A stretch of 64,000 nt of DNA from a virus, in the IMG/VR virus record IMGVR_UViG_3300024324_000009, positions 107,041 to 171,040 of that record, one strand, 5' to 3'. The notes beneath the pieces were generated by a model. That model worked only from the letters and a program-made list of their open reading frames with translations, searched no databases and was not told where the DNA came from. Shown here piece by piece: positions 10,286 to 20,131 of the stretch (its first letter is position 1; each line of letters begins with the position of its first letter). The position numbers and the translations under genes were made by a program.

Positions 10286-10699
10286 CTAGTGTAATGTACT
10301 GACTGAGGCTGTTGTTACTGGCGAAGGGGTTTCTTCGTCACATACTGTTGGGCTTAGGTAAGGAAACATTTGATCTGCAACCTCTACGGCTTTATCGCAA
10401 CCGCTTTGAACTGCAAGGTCTCTTGTTTGTTTCCAAGACACAACTAGATCAAAGAAAATATCTTCGTCATTTCCTGATACTTCTTTGCGACTAGGAACGG
10501 GTCTGACTACTACAGTCTTGTCCCCTACTTTGCCAAGTAGCTGTTTAACCTGATCTACAAATTGTAAAACAAGTTTTTGTACTGGACTAAGTTTGTCTTT
10601 AAATAAAACCCAAAGGACAATACCTATTCCTGCGTATAAAGCCAAGTCTGTTGGCCCTACGCTACTGCTAAACTCATTGAATGTCTGAGTGTAATCCAT
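10286..10699 (-). CDS. Hypothetical membrane protein
   Basis: One TM helix. Confidence 0.55.
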   Translation of the reverse strand: MDYTQTFNEFSSSVGPTDLALYAGIGIVLWVLFKDKLSPVQKLVLQFVDQVKQLLGKVGDKTVVVRPVPSRKEVSGNDEDIFFDLVVSWKQTRDLAVQSGCDKAVEVADQMFPYLSPTVCDEETPSPVTTASVSTLH

Positions 10700-10714
10700 T
10701 TTTGACCGCCTCTC

Positions 10715-11149
10715 TTATTTAACGTATGATACTTCTAGTGTTTCGGGACTGTATGGGTTTGAGTCTACTTTATTTTTTAGGAAGACTCCGATTTCTCTGA
10801 ATGTAGTTACAATGGCATCAATGCCAGCACTGGCAAGACCCATTACAAACTTTTTGACGTAAGAATGAAATAATGGTTCAAACACGTTAGGAATAAAAGG
10901 CAGATCGACAGCCTTGAAAACACTATCATAAAATCCTGATAGTAGATTCATAGCCAGTTCTTTCTTTTCTGTACTAGACAAGTCTGTTCCTATTTTTTCG
11001 ATTAACATTACTAACTCACCGATAACAACCTGCATGACTTTCCATGCTTCTTTAATTGCTAATCTTTTTACTTCTCCGAGGCTTGCGAGTACGTCCTCTT
11101 TTACCTTGTCGAACTCTACGCCTATCTGATCTTTCGTTGCTTCGCTCAT
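10715..11149 (-). CDS. Hypothetical protein
   Basis: ORF within the operon. Confidence 0.55.
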   Translation of the reverse strand: MSEATKDQIGVEFDKVKEDVLASLGEVKRLAIKEAWKVMQVVIGELVMLIEKIGTDLSSTEKKELAMNLLSGFYDSVFKAVDLPFIPNVFEPLFHSYVKKFVMGLASAGIDAIVTTFREIGVFLKNKVDSNPYSPETLEVSYVK

Positions 11150-11438
11150 TGGTATCTTCCTTTATGGGTTGTTGTTCAGGTTCTGGTTCTGGTTCATTCA
11201 ATGGTTCTGGAGGTGTAGGCTCCGCTACAGGCTCAGGTTTTCTAGTCTTTAAATATCTTGATAAAATTCCAAATTGTCCGGCTATAAGTATAATAGATTC
11301 AACTGCGTGGGTGACAACACTGGTTAGTTCGTCTTTCTGATCAATGTCTCCTATAATCCCTGCTAGGAAAAGTCCGCTAAAAATGAAACTGACTAATGTG
11401 AACCAAAATTCACTTGTTTTATATCCGGGTTTTTGCAT
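11052..11438 (-). CDS. Putative holin-like membrane protein
   Basis: KPGYKTSEFW followed by two TM helices and a highly basic C-terminal tail. Confidence 0.5.
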   Translation of the reverse strand: MQKPGYKTSEFWFTLVSFIFSGLFLAGIIGDIDQKDELTSVVTHAVESIILIAGQFGILSRYLKTRKPEPVAEPTPPEPLNEPEPEPEQQPIKEDTNERSNERSDRRRVRQGKRGRTRKPRRSKKISN

Positions 11439-11506
11439 AATGTCACCTACTTATATTTACACCTAAAAGTCAGAAGAAAATCTAAAATCTTGATAAAATG
11501 GCTATT

Positions 11507-12322
11507 TTAGTATGTTTCTAGCCTTTTGTGGTTTGTGGGGCTGGCTACTTGATACAAAGTGCTGTTTTTATTGTACATTACCTGTCTAGCAACACTACTG
11601 TTCCAACTGGTACTGATATCCCAGTTTGTGTCTTTATAAAGTGTTGGTCTCACATTCCATATATATGAAGTCAAAGTTTGAGAACCTGATCCATGATTAG
11701 CATACATTTGAAAAGCAAATCCTCCCCAGTATAAATCATTGTTTTTTACATAATTAGCGTCTGATGCTTTTATCTGATAGCATGTCCAGTAGTTTGTGCT
11801 TTGACTGCTTCCAGCGGTTCCTATAGTAAGACCAAAAACCTTTTGATTGGCTTCTATCCTGTAAGTTCTTCCACTAGCATTTGCATAAAGCAAAATACAC
11901 CTCTGAGGATAAGATGATTTGCTTGCACTGTGAGCACCACTAGAAGAATAATTCCAGCATAAACCATTAACATTAGAAGGCCAACAACCGTCAGACGATG
12001 TACCAGTACTTGTACTACTTAGCATATTAAAACTATATGTGCAAGCAACAATGTATGTACTGCTATATTTTCCTGACCTGCCAGAATACAGCCCATTGCC
12101 TCTGCTGTTGGCGTAAGGATTTCCACTGAAGCCGATATCATCACCTGCTCTACCATCAGTAGTAATGTTATTGCCATTTCTTATGCTGTAACTGGCGTTT
12201 TTAGGAGCACTATGAAGTGTAGTGTCACTGTATGCGATATTATCATGACCTAAGTTAGCCAAATCAGTTGTTTGTGAACTGCCAGCATAGTTAGGTGGGA
12301 TAGTTATTAATTTCTTTGCCAT
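11507..12322 (-). CDS. Putative virion/receptor-binding protein
   Basis: S/G/N/Y-rich, coupled to the tail fibre gene. Confidence 0.5.
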   Translation of the reverse strand: MAKKLITIPPNYAGSSQTTDLANLGHDNIAYSDTTLHSAPKNASYSIRNGNNITTDGRAGDDIGFSGNPYANSRGNGLYSGRSGKYSSTYIVACTYSFNMLSSTSTGTSSDGCWPSNVNGLCWNYSSSGAHSASKSSYPQRCILLYANASGRTYRIEANQKVFGLTIGTAGSSQSTNYWTCYQIKASDANYVKNNDLYWGGFAFQMYANHGSGSQTLTSYIWNVRPTLYKDTNWDISTSWNSSVARQVMYNKNSTLYQVASPTNHKRLETY

Positions 12323-13974
12323 TATGGAACCCAGTATAAGGTGCTGCCACTTTTGTAAAAACTGCCAGAAGTACTACTTGTACTACTTTTAACTACTTGA
12401 TCACCCGGACTGAAACTTGAACCAGCCGATGGAGTTTTCCATGCAGGTGCTCCCGTTGTTCCATTGCTTGTTAAAACTTGTCCAGAGGAGCCGCTCGATC
12501 CACTAATTTGAAGGCGACCCGTCATATTCATTGATACGCTATTCGTAAATTTTGTTGTACTACTAAATGTCTTTTCGCCAGCAACAGTCTCGTCCCCGGT
12601 AAGGCCAACGTAATTAGTTGAGGCATTTGCATTTATAAGAGATATCACAGAAACTTTGGTTTGTATAGATGAACTATCGTCTGTTCTACCTAAGTATTGG
12701 ATAAAACTATTATTGTTTGAACCACCGTTGTAATGATAGTCTTTAAAAATAATCTGATTTTCACCATCCGCAGTCTTACCCCTAAGTATAAATGAGTTAA
12801 AGTTGTTTGAACGCTGGGTACGGTCCACTGTAGTATTAAAATAACCTGCGTCTTTAATATTATATCCACGACAATCTATCTCAGGAATTACATCAACACC
12901 ATTATAATCTGTACCTTGATACAGTTTAAACTGAGAGTTCATCTGAACAACGGTATTACCCCATTTCATCCTAACGCCATTGGAGGTATCATTTGTGCCG
13001 TATGCTAGTGTTCCATTTGCACCGAACTCAGCAGTAATTCTACGATCACCGTTTATAATAATATGATCTTGAAATGTATTCTTTGCAGTAAATGTATTAG
13101 CACTACCCCTTAAAGCACAGAGATCAAACAGTTGATCTACATACGCTATATCTGCTTTATCACTAACGTCTACATCAGGAAAAACAAGACAGTCATATAC
13201 GTCTCCGTCGTCTACTGTACCATTGCTTATAGCACTTTGCATAGTTACATCTAACTTCACCCCACTGGCTAATTGATTGACTGTTTCTATCTGAAATCTG
13301 ACAGAAACATCCTCATCGTTTTCTTCTCTAAAATTAAATGTGTCACCAGAGGCAAGAGAAACAAAGTTGTGTAATAGTCCGTTTTTATCTACAAAACTAA
13401 GAAAGATTTCGTTGATTGTTACAGGGTTGTTTGTAACAGTACCATTAAAACCTACATAACATGCAGAAGGTGCAGGTGCATCACCATATACTTCACTGCC
13501 TTGAGGCGATCTAATAATATATTCAATATCAAAAGTTGATCTAGCCTCTAAGCCTGATACTTTAATATCTAGTATCTCAATGTCTTCTTCAACCTCATCC
13601 ATTCTGTCGTCTAGGTCGGCAATACCTGTCGCATTAGCATCTACACGACCATCTAGAGTAGTAAGGTCTGACTGTAGTGCAAGTCCTGTGGCAGATATTT
13701 CATAGACTCTTTCGCCAGAGAAATAAGTCATCTCTATACCAAAGCCCGGATCGAGAAACTCATCAAGTTTAGCAATTAAAGAATCGTCTGGATAAATAGC
13801 ATTTGCATAGGGTAGTGCGTCCCAAACTAAAGCACCATCGCCTATTTTAAAAGTGTTATAAGTAGTATCTAAACCGAGTTCACCGGAATACAAAACGGGA
13901 TTCTCTAAAGACCAGTTGGCTTCTGTGTCTCTACGTAGTTGCATTTTATAATATTTTGTTGAGTCGAGGCCCAT
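12322..13974 (-). CDS. Tail fibre protein with Mtd_N (major tropism determinant N-terminal)-like domain
   Basis: QLRRDTEANW..NPVLYSGELG.D....FKIGDG...W..LPY, a coiled coil, GDETVAGEKTF and GQVLTSNG fibre motifs. Confidence 0.8.
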   Translation of the reverse strand: MGLDSTKYYKMQLRRDTEANWSLENPVLYSGELGLDTTYNTFKIGDGALVWDALPYANAIYPDDSLIAKLDEFLDPGFGIEMTYFSGERVYEISATGLALQSDLTTLDGRVDANATGIADLDDRMDEVEEDIEILDIKVSGLEARSTFDIEYIIRSPQGSEVYGDAPAPSACYVGFNGTVTNNPVTINEIFLSFVDKNGLLHNFVSLASGDTFNFREENDEDVSVRFQIETVNQLASGVKLDVTMQSAISNGTVDDGDVYDCLVFPDVDVSDKADIAYVDQLFDLCALRGSANTFTAKNTFQDHIIINGDRRITAEFGANGTLAYGTNDTSNGVRMKWGNTVVQMNSQFKLYQGTDYNGVDVIPEIDCRGYNIKDAGYFNTTVDRTQRSNNFNSFILRGKTADGENQIIFKDYHYNGGSNNNSFIQYLGRTDDSSSIQTKVSVISLINANASTNYVGLTGDETVAGEKTFSSTTKFTNSVSMNMTGRLQISGSSGSSGQVLTSNGTTGAPAWKTPSAGSSFSPGDQVVKSSTSSTSGSFYKSGSTLYWVP

Positions 13975-13997
13975 TGTTATTCTCCAAGAAGTTTAGA

Positions 13998-14342
13998 TTA
14001 AGGAATTGGTGTGCCGGGAATAGTGTCCGAAAACCCTCCATCAACTAAGTAACCTTCTGAAGAACCACCACCGCCACCACCATTACATGGTTCGCAGTTG
14101 TCAAAACGATTGCCTAATGTTTCATCAAATACTCCGCTGCCACCAGTAGGTGAAATAACTTCTGCATTAGGATTGTCTAAAGTGCTACCATAAGGATTAC
14201 AGCAACAGTCGGCTAAATCTAATTCAGGATGGTAGTTACAACCTCCACAATAATAACTTGTATAGCCTGTAACTTTTGTACTCATGGCTCCACAACCATT
14301 GAGTACTGGATTCCCTGATATTGCTGGGTGGATGACTGCCAT
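13998..14342 (-). CDS. Cys/Gly-rich hypothetical protein
   Basis: ORF with a GAGG RBS. Confidence 0.55.
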   Translation of the reverse strand: MAVIHPAISGNPVLNGCGAMSTKVTGYTSYYCGGCNYHPELDLADCCCNPYGSTLDNPNAEVISPTGGSGVFDETLGNRFDNCEPCNGGGGGGSSEGYLVDGGFSDTIPGTPIP

Positions 14343-14355
14343 TTTAAAACCTCAT

Positions 14356-14718
14356 TTATTGTTTGGGTAAGTGATCGATTCTCTCTTCTAGATTAGTTAA
14401 AGTATTGCCAAGAGTTGCAATTTGAATTTTTAATTCGTTCATTACTTCTGCATTTCTCCAAAGTGCTTTAGAGAACTGCTCTTGCATATCTTTATTCTCT
14501 TCTAGTCTTTGCATTATTAATGATCTATCTCTAGTATACTGACTTTGATTTTCTATAATATTAGCTACTTCTTGTTTAGTAACCATATGACGAATGAAAG
14601 TTGCCCAGAAACCAAGAAGAGTGATAATTATGCCCACTGAAGTTGATGCTACATGAGCCCAAAAATTTGTCGCTTCCATATTGTTTACCTCGTTTGCAAA
14701 AAAAAGAAAACTAGTCAA
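14356..14718 (-). CDS. TM plus coiled-coil hypothetical protein
   Basis: One TM helix followed by heptads. Confidence 0.55.
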   Translation of the reverse strand: MTSFLFFANEVNNMEATNFWAHVASTSVGIIITLLGFWATFIRHMVTKQEVANIIENQSQYTRDRSLIMQRLEENKDMQEQFSKALWRNAEVMNELKIQIATLGNTLTNLEERIDHLPKQ

Positions 14719-14749
14719 AAAAAAGCCAGTGAAGCGAACTTCACCGGCT
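14717..14749 (-). terminator. Rho-independent terminator
   Basis: AGCCGGTGAAG-TTCG-CTTCACTGGCT followed by a T run. Confidence 0.8.
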
Positions 14750-14787
14750 CCTATATTAAATACACAATTTAGAATGAAAAGTGCAGA

Positions 14788-15426
14788 TTACCATACGGTT
14801 TTTGCATCATAGCATTCTGAAACTGGTAGTTTACCACCGGGGCCAAGATAGACCAACTTACCGGGACAGGCCTGCGTAGGCTGGGCTGCAACGTCCGTTG
14901 AAGTGGCACTAGAGCCATCAACTGGCGACCAGAATGGATCGTCAGAGACAGTGACCGCTGGATCAAACTCGCCTAGATAGGCATTCCACTGACCAGCACG
15001 AATTGCTGTTGCAATTTGATAAGTGTAAGTTTTCTCACGCTTTGCTGGGTTACGAATCCATGATGGATCGTCATTGATGTGTGTCAAGAAATCATTGGCT
15101 ACACCACCGATTGTGTCACTGACGCGAGCAGCAACCATCTTGTAGACACGACCTTCTGATTTGCCTTGACCCATATTGTAAGCAAATTCACCTGCTGAAA
15201 CTGCCTTATCAGCATTCTCACCTTCTACAACAGTCGAAGCAAAAACTCCGTTTTGTAGAGGACGCAAAGCTGAATTGACATTATCCAGAAGATAAACTTT
15301 TTCATTCAAAGGATTACCAAGATCAACAGCAGAACCGTGATTGTTCTGTACTGCTTCGCTTGATACTGCCTTTTCTGTAGTAACTATCATAATTTTCTCC
15401 ATGAAGTTAGGGAACTGTATATACAA
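14788..15426 (-). CDS. Hypothetical (possibly structural) protein
   Basis: ORF between a GGTGTA motif and a terminator. Confidence 0.55.
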   Translation of the reverse strand: MYIQFPNFMEKIMIVTTEKAVSSEAVQNNHGSAVDLGNPLNEKVYLLDNVNSALRPLQNGVFASTVVEGENADKAVSAGEFAYNMGQGKSEGRVYKMVAARVSDTIGGVANDFLTHINDDPSWIRNPAKREKTYTYQIATAIRAGQWNAYLGEFDPAVTVSDDPFWSPVDGSSATSTDVAAQPTQACPGKLVYLGPGGKLPVSECYDAKTVW

Positions 15427-15473
15427 TCATTGTATACACCTACAAAGGAGAAAATAAGCAAATTAAAATACGG

Positions 15474-16148
15474 CTATTTTGAGGATGAGGTGGATAGAAA
15501 ATTAACTATTTTTTCAAGAGAGTGCGGATTTGTACACTTATAACCTTTAATCTTATCTTTATTATTGAAAAGTATCTCTAGCTGCCTGTCTGTCCATGCT
15601 GGGCCACCAGCCATAATATCAATATTAGCCACTTTTTGATTGGTCAATATACAAGCAAGCATGTGATCTGCTATACAGTCTAGAAGATGGGACGTTGACA
15701 CATAAATAGTTTCTATATTAAATCCAGCTAGTATTTGAGCACACTTGTACATAAGTTCTGCACTCATAATTCTGTACTCTAATATATAGCGACACTCTAC
15801 CGCATTTTGATTACATATATTTCTACAGGCGTTTATATCCTGTCTAAACTTATCGTATTTCCTGTTGCCACACATAGTTAAAGGTGCTACAACTTCTATG
15901 ATATCGCAACCGTTATTAATACATGTTTCTACTTCGTTGACACGAGAATCAGTGCTAGACAAACCGAAAGGATAATCTATTACTGTACTAAGTTTAGTAC
16001 TATCAGGTATTAGATTTTTTACTCCCTTGATGTAATAAGGAAGCACTGATATTACATCTGGCTTTAAATGTTTTATATTTGCTATGTCTGCTTTAATTTC
16101 AGAGTCATTAGACCCTAAATCATAATTAGCGTATTCTATTTCACACAT
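15474..16148 (-). CDS. DeoC (deoxyribose-phosphate aldolase)-like TIM barrel lacking the catalytic lysines
   Basis: STVIDYPFG..ST.....E.....NGCD.IEVV matches DeoC TVIGFPLG...GADEIDMV. KVIIE becomes RYILE, KTSTG becomes YVSTS, KASGG becomes MAGGP. Confidence 0.75.
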   Translation of the reverse strand: MCEIEYANYDLGSNDSEIKADIANIKHLKPDVISVLPYYIKGVKNLIPDSTKLSTVIDYPFGLSSTDSRVNEVETCINNGCDIIEVVAPLTMCGNRKYDKFRQDINACRNICNQNAVECRYILEYRIMSAELMYKCAQILAGFNIETIYVSTSHLLDCIADHMLACILTNQKVANIDIMAGGPAWTDRQLEILFNNKDKIKGYKCTNPHSLEKIVNFLSTSSSK

Positions 16149-16152
16149 TTTA

Positions 16153-16836
16153 TTATCTCTTTTTTTTAGATTTACTAAGAGCAGATTTTATTGTGTCTAT
16201 GTTAGGAAACTGTCTACTACCAAGTACACCATCTGCGAATCCATAGTCAACACTTTCTTCTGGGTCTAAAATCCAATCGCTCTTGCTATCTAATTGAGAA
16301 ACAATGTGCCTTTTGACCATCATTTTTTTCCATTTTTTTGATTCTGCTAAAGGACTTCCCATACATTTGTCCGTAAATATATTTATCATTTTTTGTGATT
16401 CTCTTTGCGACCAAGCAAATGTAGCTATTGCCGCTTTATGTTCTGCTTCCAAAGCCAAAGAGCCGTAATGTATTAGCATGTTAGCATTAGGCATCATAAC
16501 TCTAAGAGGTGCAGATTGAAATAGTATTCCGCTAGCAGATTCCACTTTAGCATAGGCGAGAATAGCTATTGGTGCTTTACTGTATGTTACTGTATCATAT
16601 ATAGCCATACAGTCTTGCCAATCGCCGCCGGGAATATGCATATGCACTAAAATAGGTTCTAGAGACAAGTGATTAAGATGACGGACATTTTTTTCAAATG
16701 CTATAGCAGACCTGTACTCCACGCCACTTTCTTCATCGTAGTCTGTTGGTGAATGCAAAAATATTTCTCTGTTCTTTATGTCTATACCGTGGTTGTGTAA
16801 AGTGCTTACATCATGGTCGCTATTATTTCCCACCAT
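16153..16836 (-). CDS. clpP: ClpP-like serine protease (S14)
   Basis: REIFL, PGG...AIYDT, VESAS (Ser), MLIH (His), SDWILDPEESVDYGFAD (Asp). Confidence 0.85.
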   Translation of the reverse strand: MVGNNSDHDVSTLHNHGIDIKNREIFLHSPTDYDEESGVEYRSAIAFEKNVRHLNHLSLEPILVHMHIPGGDWQDCMAIYDTVTYSKAPIAILAYAKVESASGILFQSAPLRVMMPNANMLIHYGSLALEAEHKAAIATFAWSQRESQKMINIFTDKCMGSPLAESKKWKKMMVKRHIVSQLDSKSDWILDPEESVDYGFADGVLGSRQFPNIDTIKSALSKSKKKR

Positions 16837-17347
16837 TATTAGAGTCTACCTCTTTGCTTTCTAAGTATGCTAAAATTCTATTGTTAATATCTGCCATGAC
16901 ATCTCGTTCTGTAAACAACTTACCTATCCCTACCCTGAAACGATAGCGTGTAAACACATCCAAGCATTCTGTGCCAGCACAATATTCTATTATGCTTGCT
17001 ATTGGTTCAGTAATGTTGAAGTTTGTATGACCTATCCAGAAATTAAAAATTTTACCTGAAGCAGTTTGTTCTGCATAGGGGATAATTCCCATAGGAGTGT
17101 TAATTGCTTTTATTGGAGCAGGAGAGAAAGTATCTTTAGGCATGTCTGGTTCTTCAACTTCTTCTTCATCGTCATCATTTTCAGCGGCCTCTTCTAAATG
17201 CTTACGAAAATGTTCAAAAGACTCAATTCCCATTTCTTCTAAAAATTGTTCTTCAGCATACTGTTGATTGTCCATGATCTCTTCTTTAAGATCGTCATCT
17301 CCAAAAGGATCACGCCACTTCTCCCATACTAGTTTGTGTTTATTCAT
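16823..17347 (-). CDS. Hypothetical protein
   Basis: ORF downstream of a promoter. Confidence 0.6.
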   Translation of the reverse strand: MNKHKLVWEKWRDPFGDDDLKEEIMDNQQYAEEQFLEEMGIESFEHFRKHLEEAAENDDDEEEVEEPDMPKDTFSPAPIKAINTPMGIIPYAEQTASGKIFNFWIGHTNFNITEPIASIIEYCAGTECLDVFTRYRFRVGIGKLFTERDVMADINNRILAYLESKEVDSNNGGK

Positions 17348-17380
17348 AAGGGGTCTCTGGGTTATGTATGTGTACCTATT

Positions 17381-17408
17381 ATTATAGACGCAAGGTTCGT
17401 GAGGTCAA
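17381..17408 (-). promoter_or_regulatory. Sigma70-like promoter TTGACC-16-TATAAT
   Basis: Intergenic. Confidence 0.7.
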
Positions 17409-17410
17409 CC

Positions 17411-17803
17411 CTATTTGAAGGCTTCTCTGGGTTTTATAATAGGGGTATTTTGGCCTTTTAATTGATCTTGCATCATATTGTCCATATTTGCCCAAGCTCC
17501 TACAGTAGTATCCACAAACACCTTATCTGTAGTATTAAAACATTCATAGCTAATTAACGTATCTACCATATCTTTACTTAAAGCCCCGTTCGTTAATGTA
17601 AATAAAGCCTGAGCCAAACTAGTAGCAATTAATTTGGCTGACGCTTGATTATCCGGGGTCCAATCAGGCCAATCATATATTAGGTCTGTGGTATTGTCTA
17701 CGTTTACATTAATTGTAAAACTAGCCATTTTTTTGGCAGACATAAGATCATCTTCACTCAGAACTTTTTTCCTACTAAATAAAGACTTCAACTTTTCTAA
17801 CAT
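17411..17803 (-). CDS. Hypothetical protein
   Basis: ORF track. Confidence 0.55.
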   Translation of the reverse strand: MLEKLKSLFSRKKVLSEDDLMSAKKMASFTINVNVDNTTDLIYDWPDWTPDNQASAKLIATSLAQALFTLTNGALSKDMVDTLISYECFNTTDKVFVDTTVGAWANMDNMMQDQLKGQNTPIIKPREAFK

Positions 17804-18128
17804 ATTCTGACTCCCTTGCTATTGACTTTGGTATTAAGTAATATTTTTCTGGTGGATTAAAATCAGGAGATAATTTAATATAGAATATTATTTCTATACA
17901 GACTCCTGTTTTATTTAACCCACAGAACGATGAATGAAGTTGATTGGAATCCATATCCAACTTGCCCGATACGTACTGAGCCAGAGCAAATTTTAAGTTT
18001 ACGTCTGACTCTTGTAGCGTATAAGTAATAGGAGAAAGGAAGTTAGAAGTACCATCTGACAGAAAGTATTGTTGTACTTCATCAGTATTTAAAGTACTTA
18101 TAACTGCTTTTAGTTCAACCTTAAACAT
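17775..18128 (-). CDS. Hypothetical protein
   Basis: ORF track. Confidence 0.5.
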   Translation of the reverse strand: MFKVELKAVISTLNTDEVQQYFLSDGTSNFLSPITYTLQESDVNLKFALAQYVSGKLDMDSNQLHSSFCGLNKTGVCIEIIFYIKLSPDFNPPEKYYLIPKSIARESEYVRKVEVFI

Positions 18129-18711
18129 AAGCCCTGATCCTCTTTAGTCCTTTCTGAATATTCTGACGAATAGCTTCTCTAGTAACGCCAAATATATTAC
18201 CTATTTCTAATAAAGTTTTATCTTCAAAGTAATACATCTTAATTTGCTGACGCTGCTTATCTGTCAACAGATCAGAAGAAATCAGACGGTTCATAATTGA
18301 CTTCAAATTATCTGACTGTTCTTTTTCTGATACCAATACATAAGGATCATTAGAACTATTATCATGTAGAGACTGTGCAAATGTACTGCCTTCGTCATCT
18401 GTAATGACACTATCTAAAGACAGGTTACAATTCTTCTTCTTATACTTTTGACTAATATAAGTCTTTATAGCCCAGATAGCACACTGGTTTCTGTATGAGT
18501 ATTTACTCTTACTTCTACCTTCATGGCCTTTACGGTTAGCGTCCCATTTCCAATCCGCTTGCATGATAGCATGAGCAACGTCCGATACTGCATCGTCATT
18601 GTTCAGCAGTTCCATTCGTAAGCCTGAATAAAACTGCGGAGCAAATTTAGAAATAGTCTTTTTAGCAAGACCTAAGTACACACTGAGATTCTCGTATTTT
18701 TCCATAATCAT
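18121..18711 (-). CDS. Phage RNA polymerase sigma factor (sigma70 regions 2 and 4)
   Basis: Region 4 HTH KTLLEIGNIFGVTREAIRQNIQKGLKRIR; region 2-like KWDANR...YRNQCAIWAIK; LSLD. Confidence 0.85.
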   Translation of the reverse strand: MIMEKYENLSVYLGLAKKTISKFAPQFYSGLRMELLNNDDAVSDVAHAIMQADWKWDANRKGHEGRSKSKYSYRNQCAIWAIKTYISQKYKKKNCNLSLDSVITDDEGSTFAQSLHDNSSNDPYVLVSEKEQSDNLKSIMNRLISSDLLTDKQRQQIKMYYFEDKTLLEIGNIFGVTREAIRQNIQKGLKRIRAYV

Positions 18712-18754
18712 CCTCTTTCCTAAAAGTTAGTCGTCCAAAATCTAAAACTGTTAT

Positions 18755-19414
18755 TTACTTCTTTTTCTTCTTCTTATCTTCCGAAGGAGTCTGCGACTTC
18801 TTCAGAGCATCTTTAGTTGGCCTATCTGGGTCTCCCGGTTTGGCAGGTCGATAGTTTTTGCCTTCTCTTTCTTTCTTACGTCGAATGTTTTCCCACAAAC
18901 CGGGACGGTCTGCCCCTTCTGTAGTATCGTCATCTGACGGATTGTACATTACAAAATCATGAATGGTTTTCATGTAGTCTTCCGTTATAGCTATTTTACC
19001 CTGTAACCATGCTTCTGTCAAGTTCTCTTTTACATTTTTTTGACCTAAAGCATTAATTATTTCTTGAGATTTAGATGCAATAGCATTTAATGAACCGATA
19101 TTCATCTGAATAAAATCTTCTTTATATTCATTTTCGCTGGCTAAATTGGGGTTGTCATGTTCAAGTTGTACTTCTGTTTTTGTTATGGGTTGTCCGATAG
19201 TCCAATTATCTCCCGTGTTGCTTGCTTCGTATGTGACGACTTTGCCCATTTCATTAGGGAGGTATGAAACCCCTGTTACTGTGCCACGACTACCATAGTG
19301 TATACATTCAGGGTTTATATTCTTTACTCTGTCTCCTACGACAAAGGCTACTGTCTCTTCTTTCGTGCCTTGAATAGAGTCTTGCATACATGCGAACATC
19401 TTCTTATAATTCAT
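18755..19414 (-). CDS. Hypothetical phage protein (SH3/KOW-like N-terminus, basic C-terminus)
   Basis: FVVGDRVKNIN; PGLWENIRRKK motif. Confidence 0.55.
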   Translation of the reverse strand: MNYKKMFACMQDSIQGTKEETVAFVVGDRVKNINPECIHYGSRGTVTGVSYLPNEMGKVVTYEASNTGDNWTIGQPITKTEVQLEHDNPNLASENEYKEDFIQMNIGSLNAIASKSQEIINALGQKNVKENLTEAWLQGKIAITEDYMKTIHDFVMYNPSDDDTTEGADRPGLWENIRRKKEREGKNYRPAKPGDPDRPTKDALKKSQTPSEDKKKKKK

Positions 19415-20105
19415 TAGTTTGCTCCTTGTAATATTCTTTTAATTTAGGATAAATAGATTTGATCAATTTCATAGAAGCAGAACTGTCCGAAGGATAGTGT
19501 ACTCCTTGATATTGTCTAGCCATTCCGACCTGATCTGCAAGGTCATTAAATATTTTAGTATGTTCTGGATACCTATCAGATAAAACAGCACTAGCCAGAG
19601 CAGCATAGCCGGTGTGTCCGCTAGGATATGCTGGGGTCTGATGTGTGCTAGTTACCATCACAGGAATCTCTAGATCATAATATTTCATTAACTGTGTAGG
19701 TCTAGGTCTGTTATAGTAATGTTTTAAGTGGTCGATAATGTCGTATACTGAATTATAATACAGCGACAAAAATTTACCTTCTGGAAACCTGATGCCTAGT
19801 CTGTCTAAAACTGGCTGATAAATAAACAATGGTTCTTTGTCAACTTTTTTAGTAAATTCTTTAAGTTTATCAGACTTGGACAATGCTGTTGTGTTAGAAA
19901 CTACCTCTCTCAACTCGGCTTCAGTTTCTTTGCTAGAGTTTTTGTATGGTTCAGGAATAATGGAAAATAAATCCAAGCCTTTTAATTCTGGGAAAGTTAC
20001 ATGACGATGTACAGACTGATTATAATCATAACCAGAAATGTAGCGAACATCATCAATGTTTTTCGCCTCGTTTAAATTTTTTCTAACAGCATTTATTAAA
20101 TCCAT
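19404..20105 (-). CDS. PAP2-superfamily phosphatase
   Basis: K...NRPRP, AYPSGH, AR..QGVHYPSD. Confidence 0.85.
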   Translation of the reverse strand: MDLINAVRKNLNEAKNIDDVRYISGYDYNQSVHRHVTFPELKGLDLFSIIPEPYKNSSKETEAELREVVSNTTALSKSDKLKEFTKKVDKEPLFIYQPVLDRLGIRFPEGKFLSLYYNSVYDIIDHLKHYYNRPRPTQLMKYYDLEIPVMVTSTHQTPAYPSGHTGYAALASAVLSDRYPEHTKIFNDLADQVGMARQYQGVHYPSDSSASMKLIKSIYPKLKEYYKEQTNEL

Positions 20106-20131
20106 AGTTTACCAAACGGGTTTGAGGAAAA

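Noticed and set aside
12322-13974. Diversity-generating retroelement target, suggested by the Mtd_N domain
   Set aside because: No reverse transcriptase and no TR/VR repeat pair is visible in the window; Mtd_N is a common fibre anchor domain
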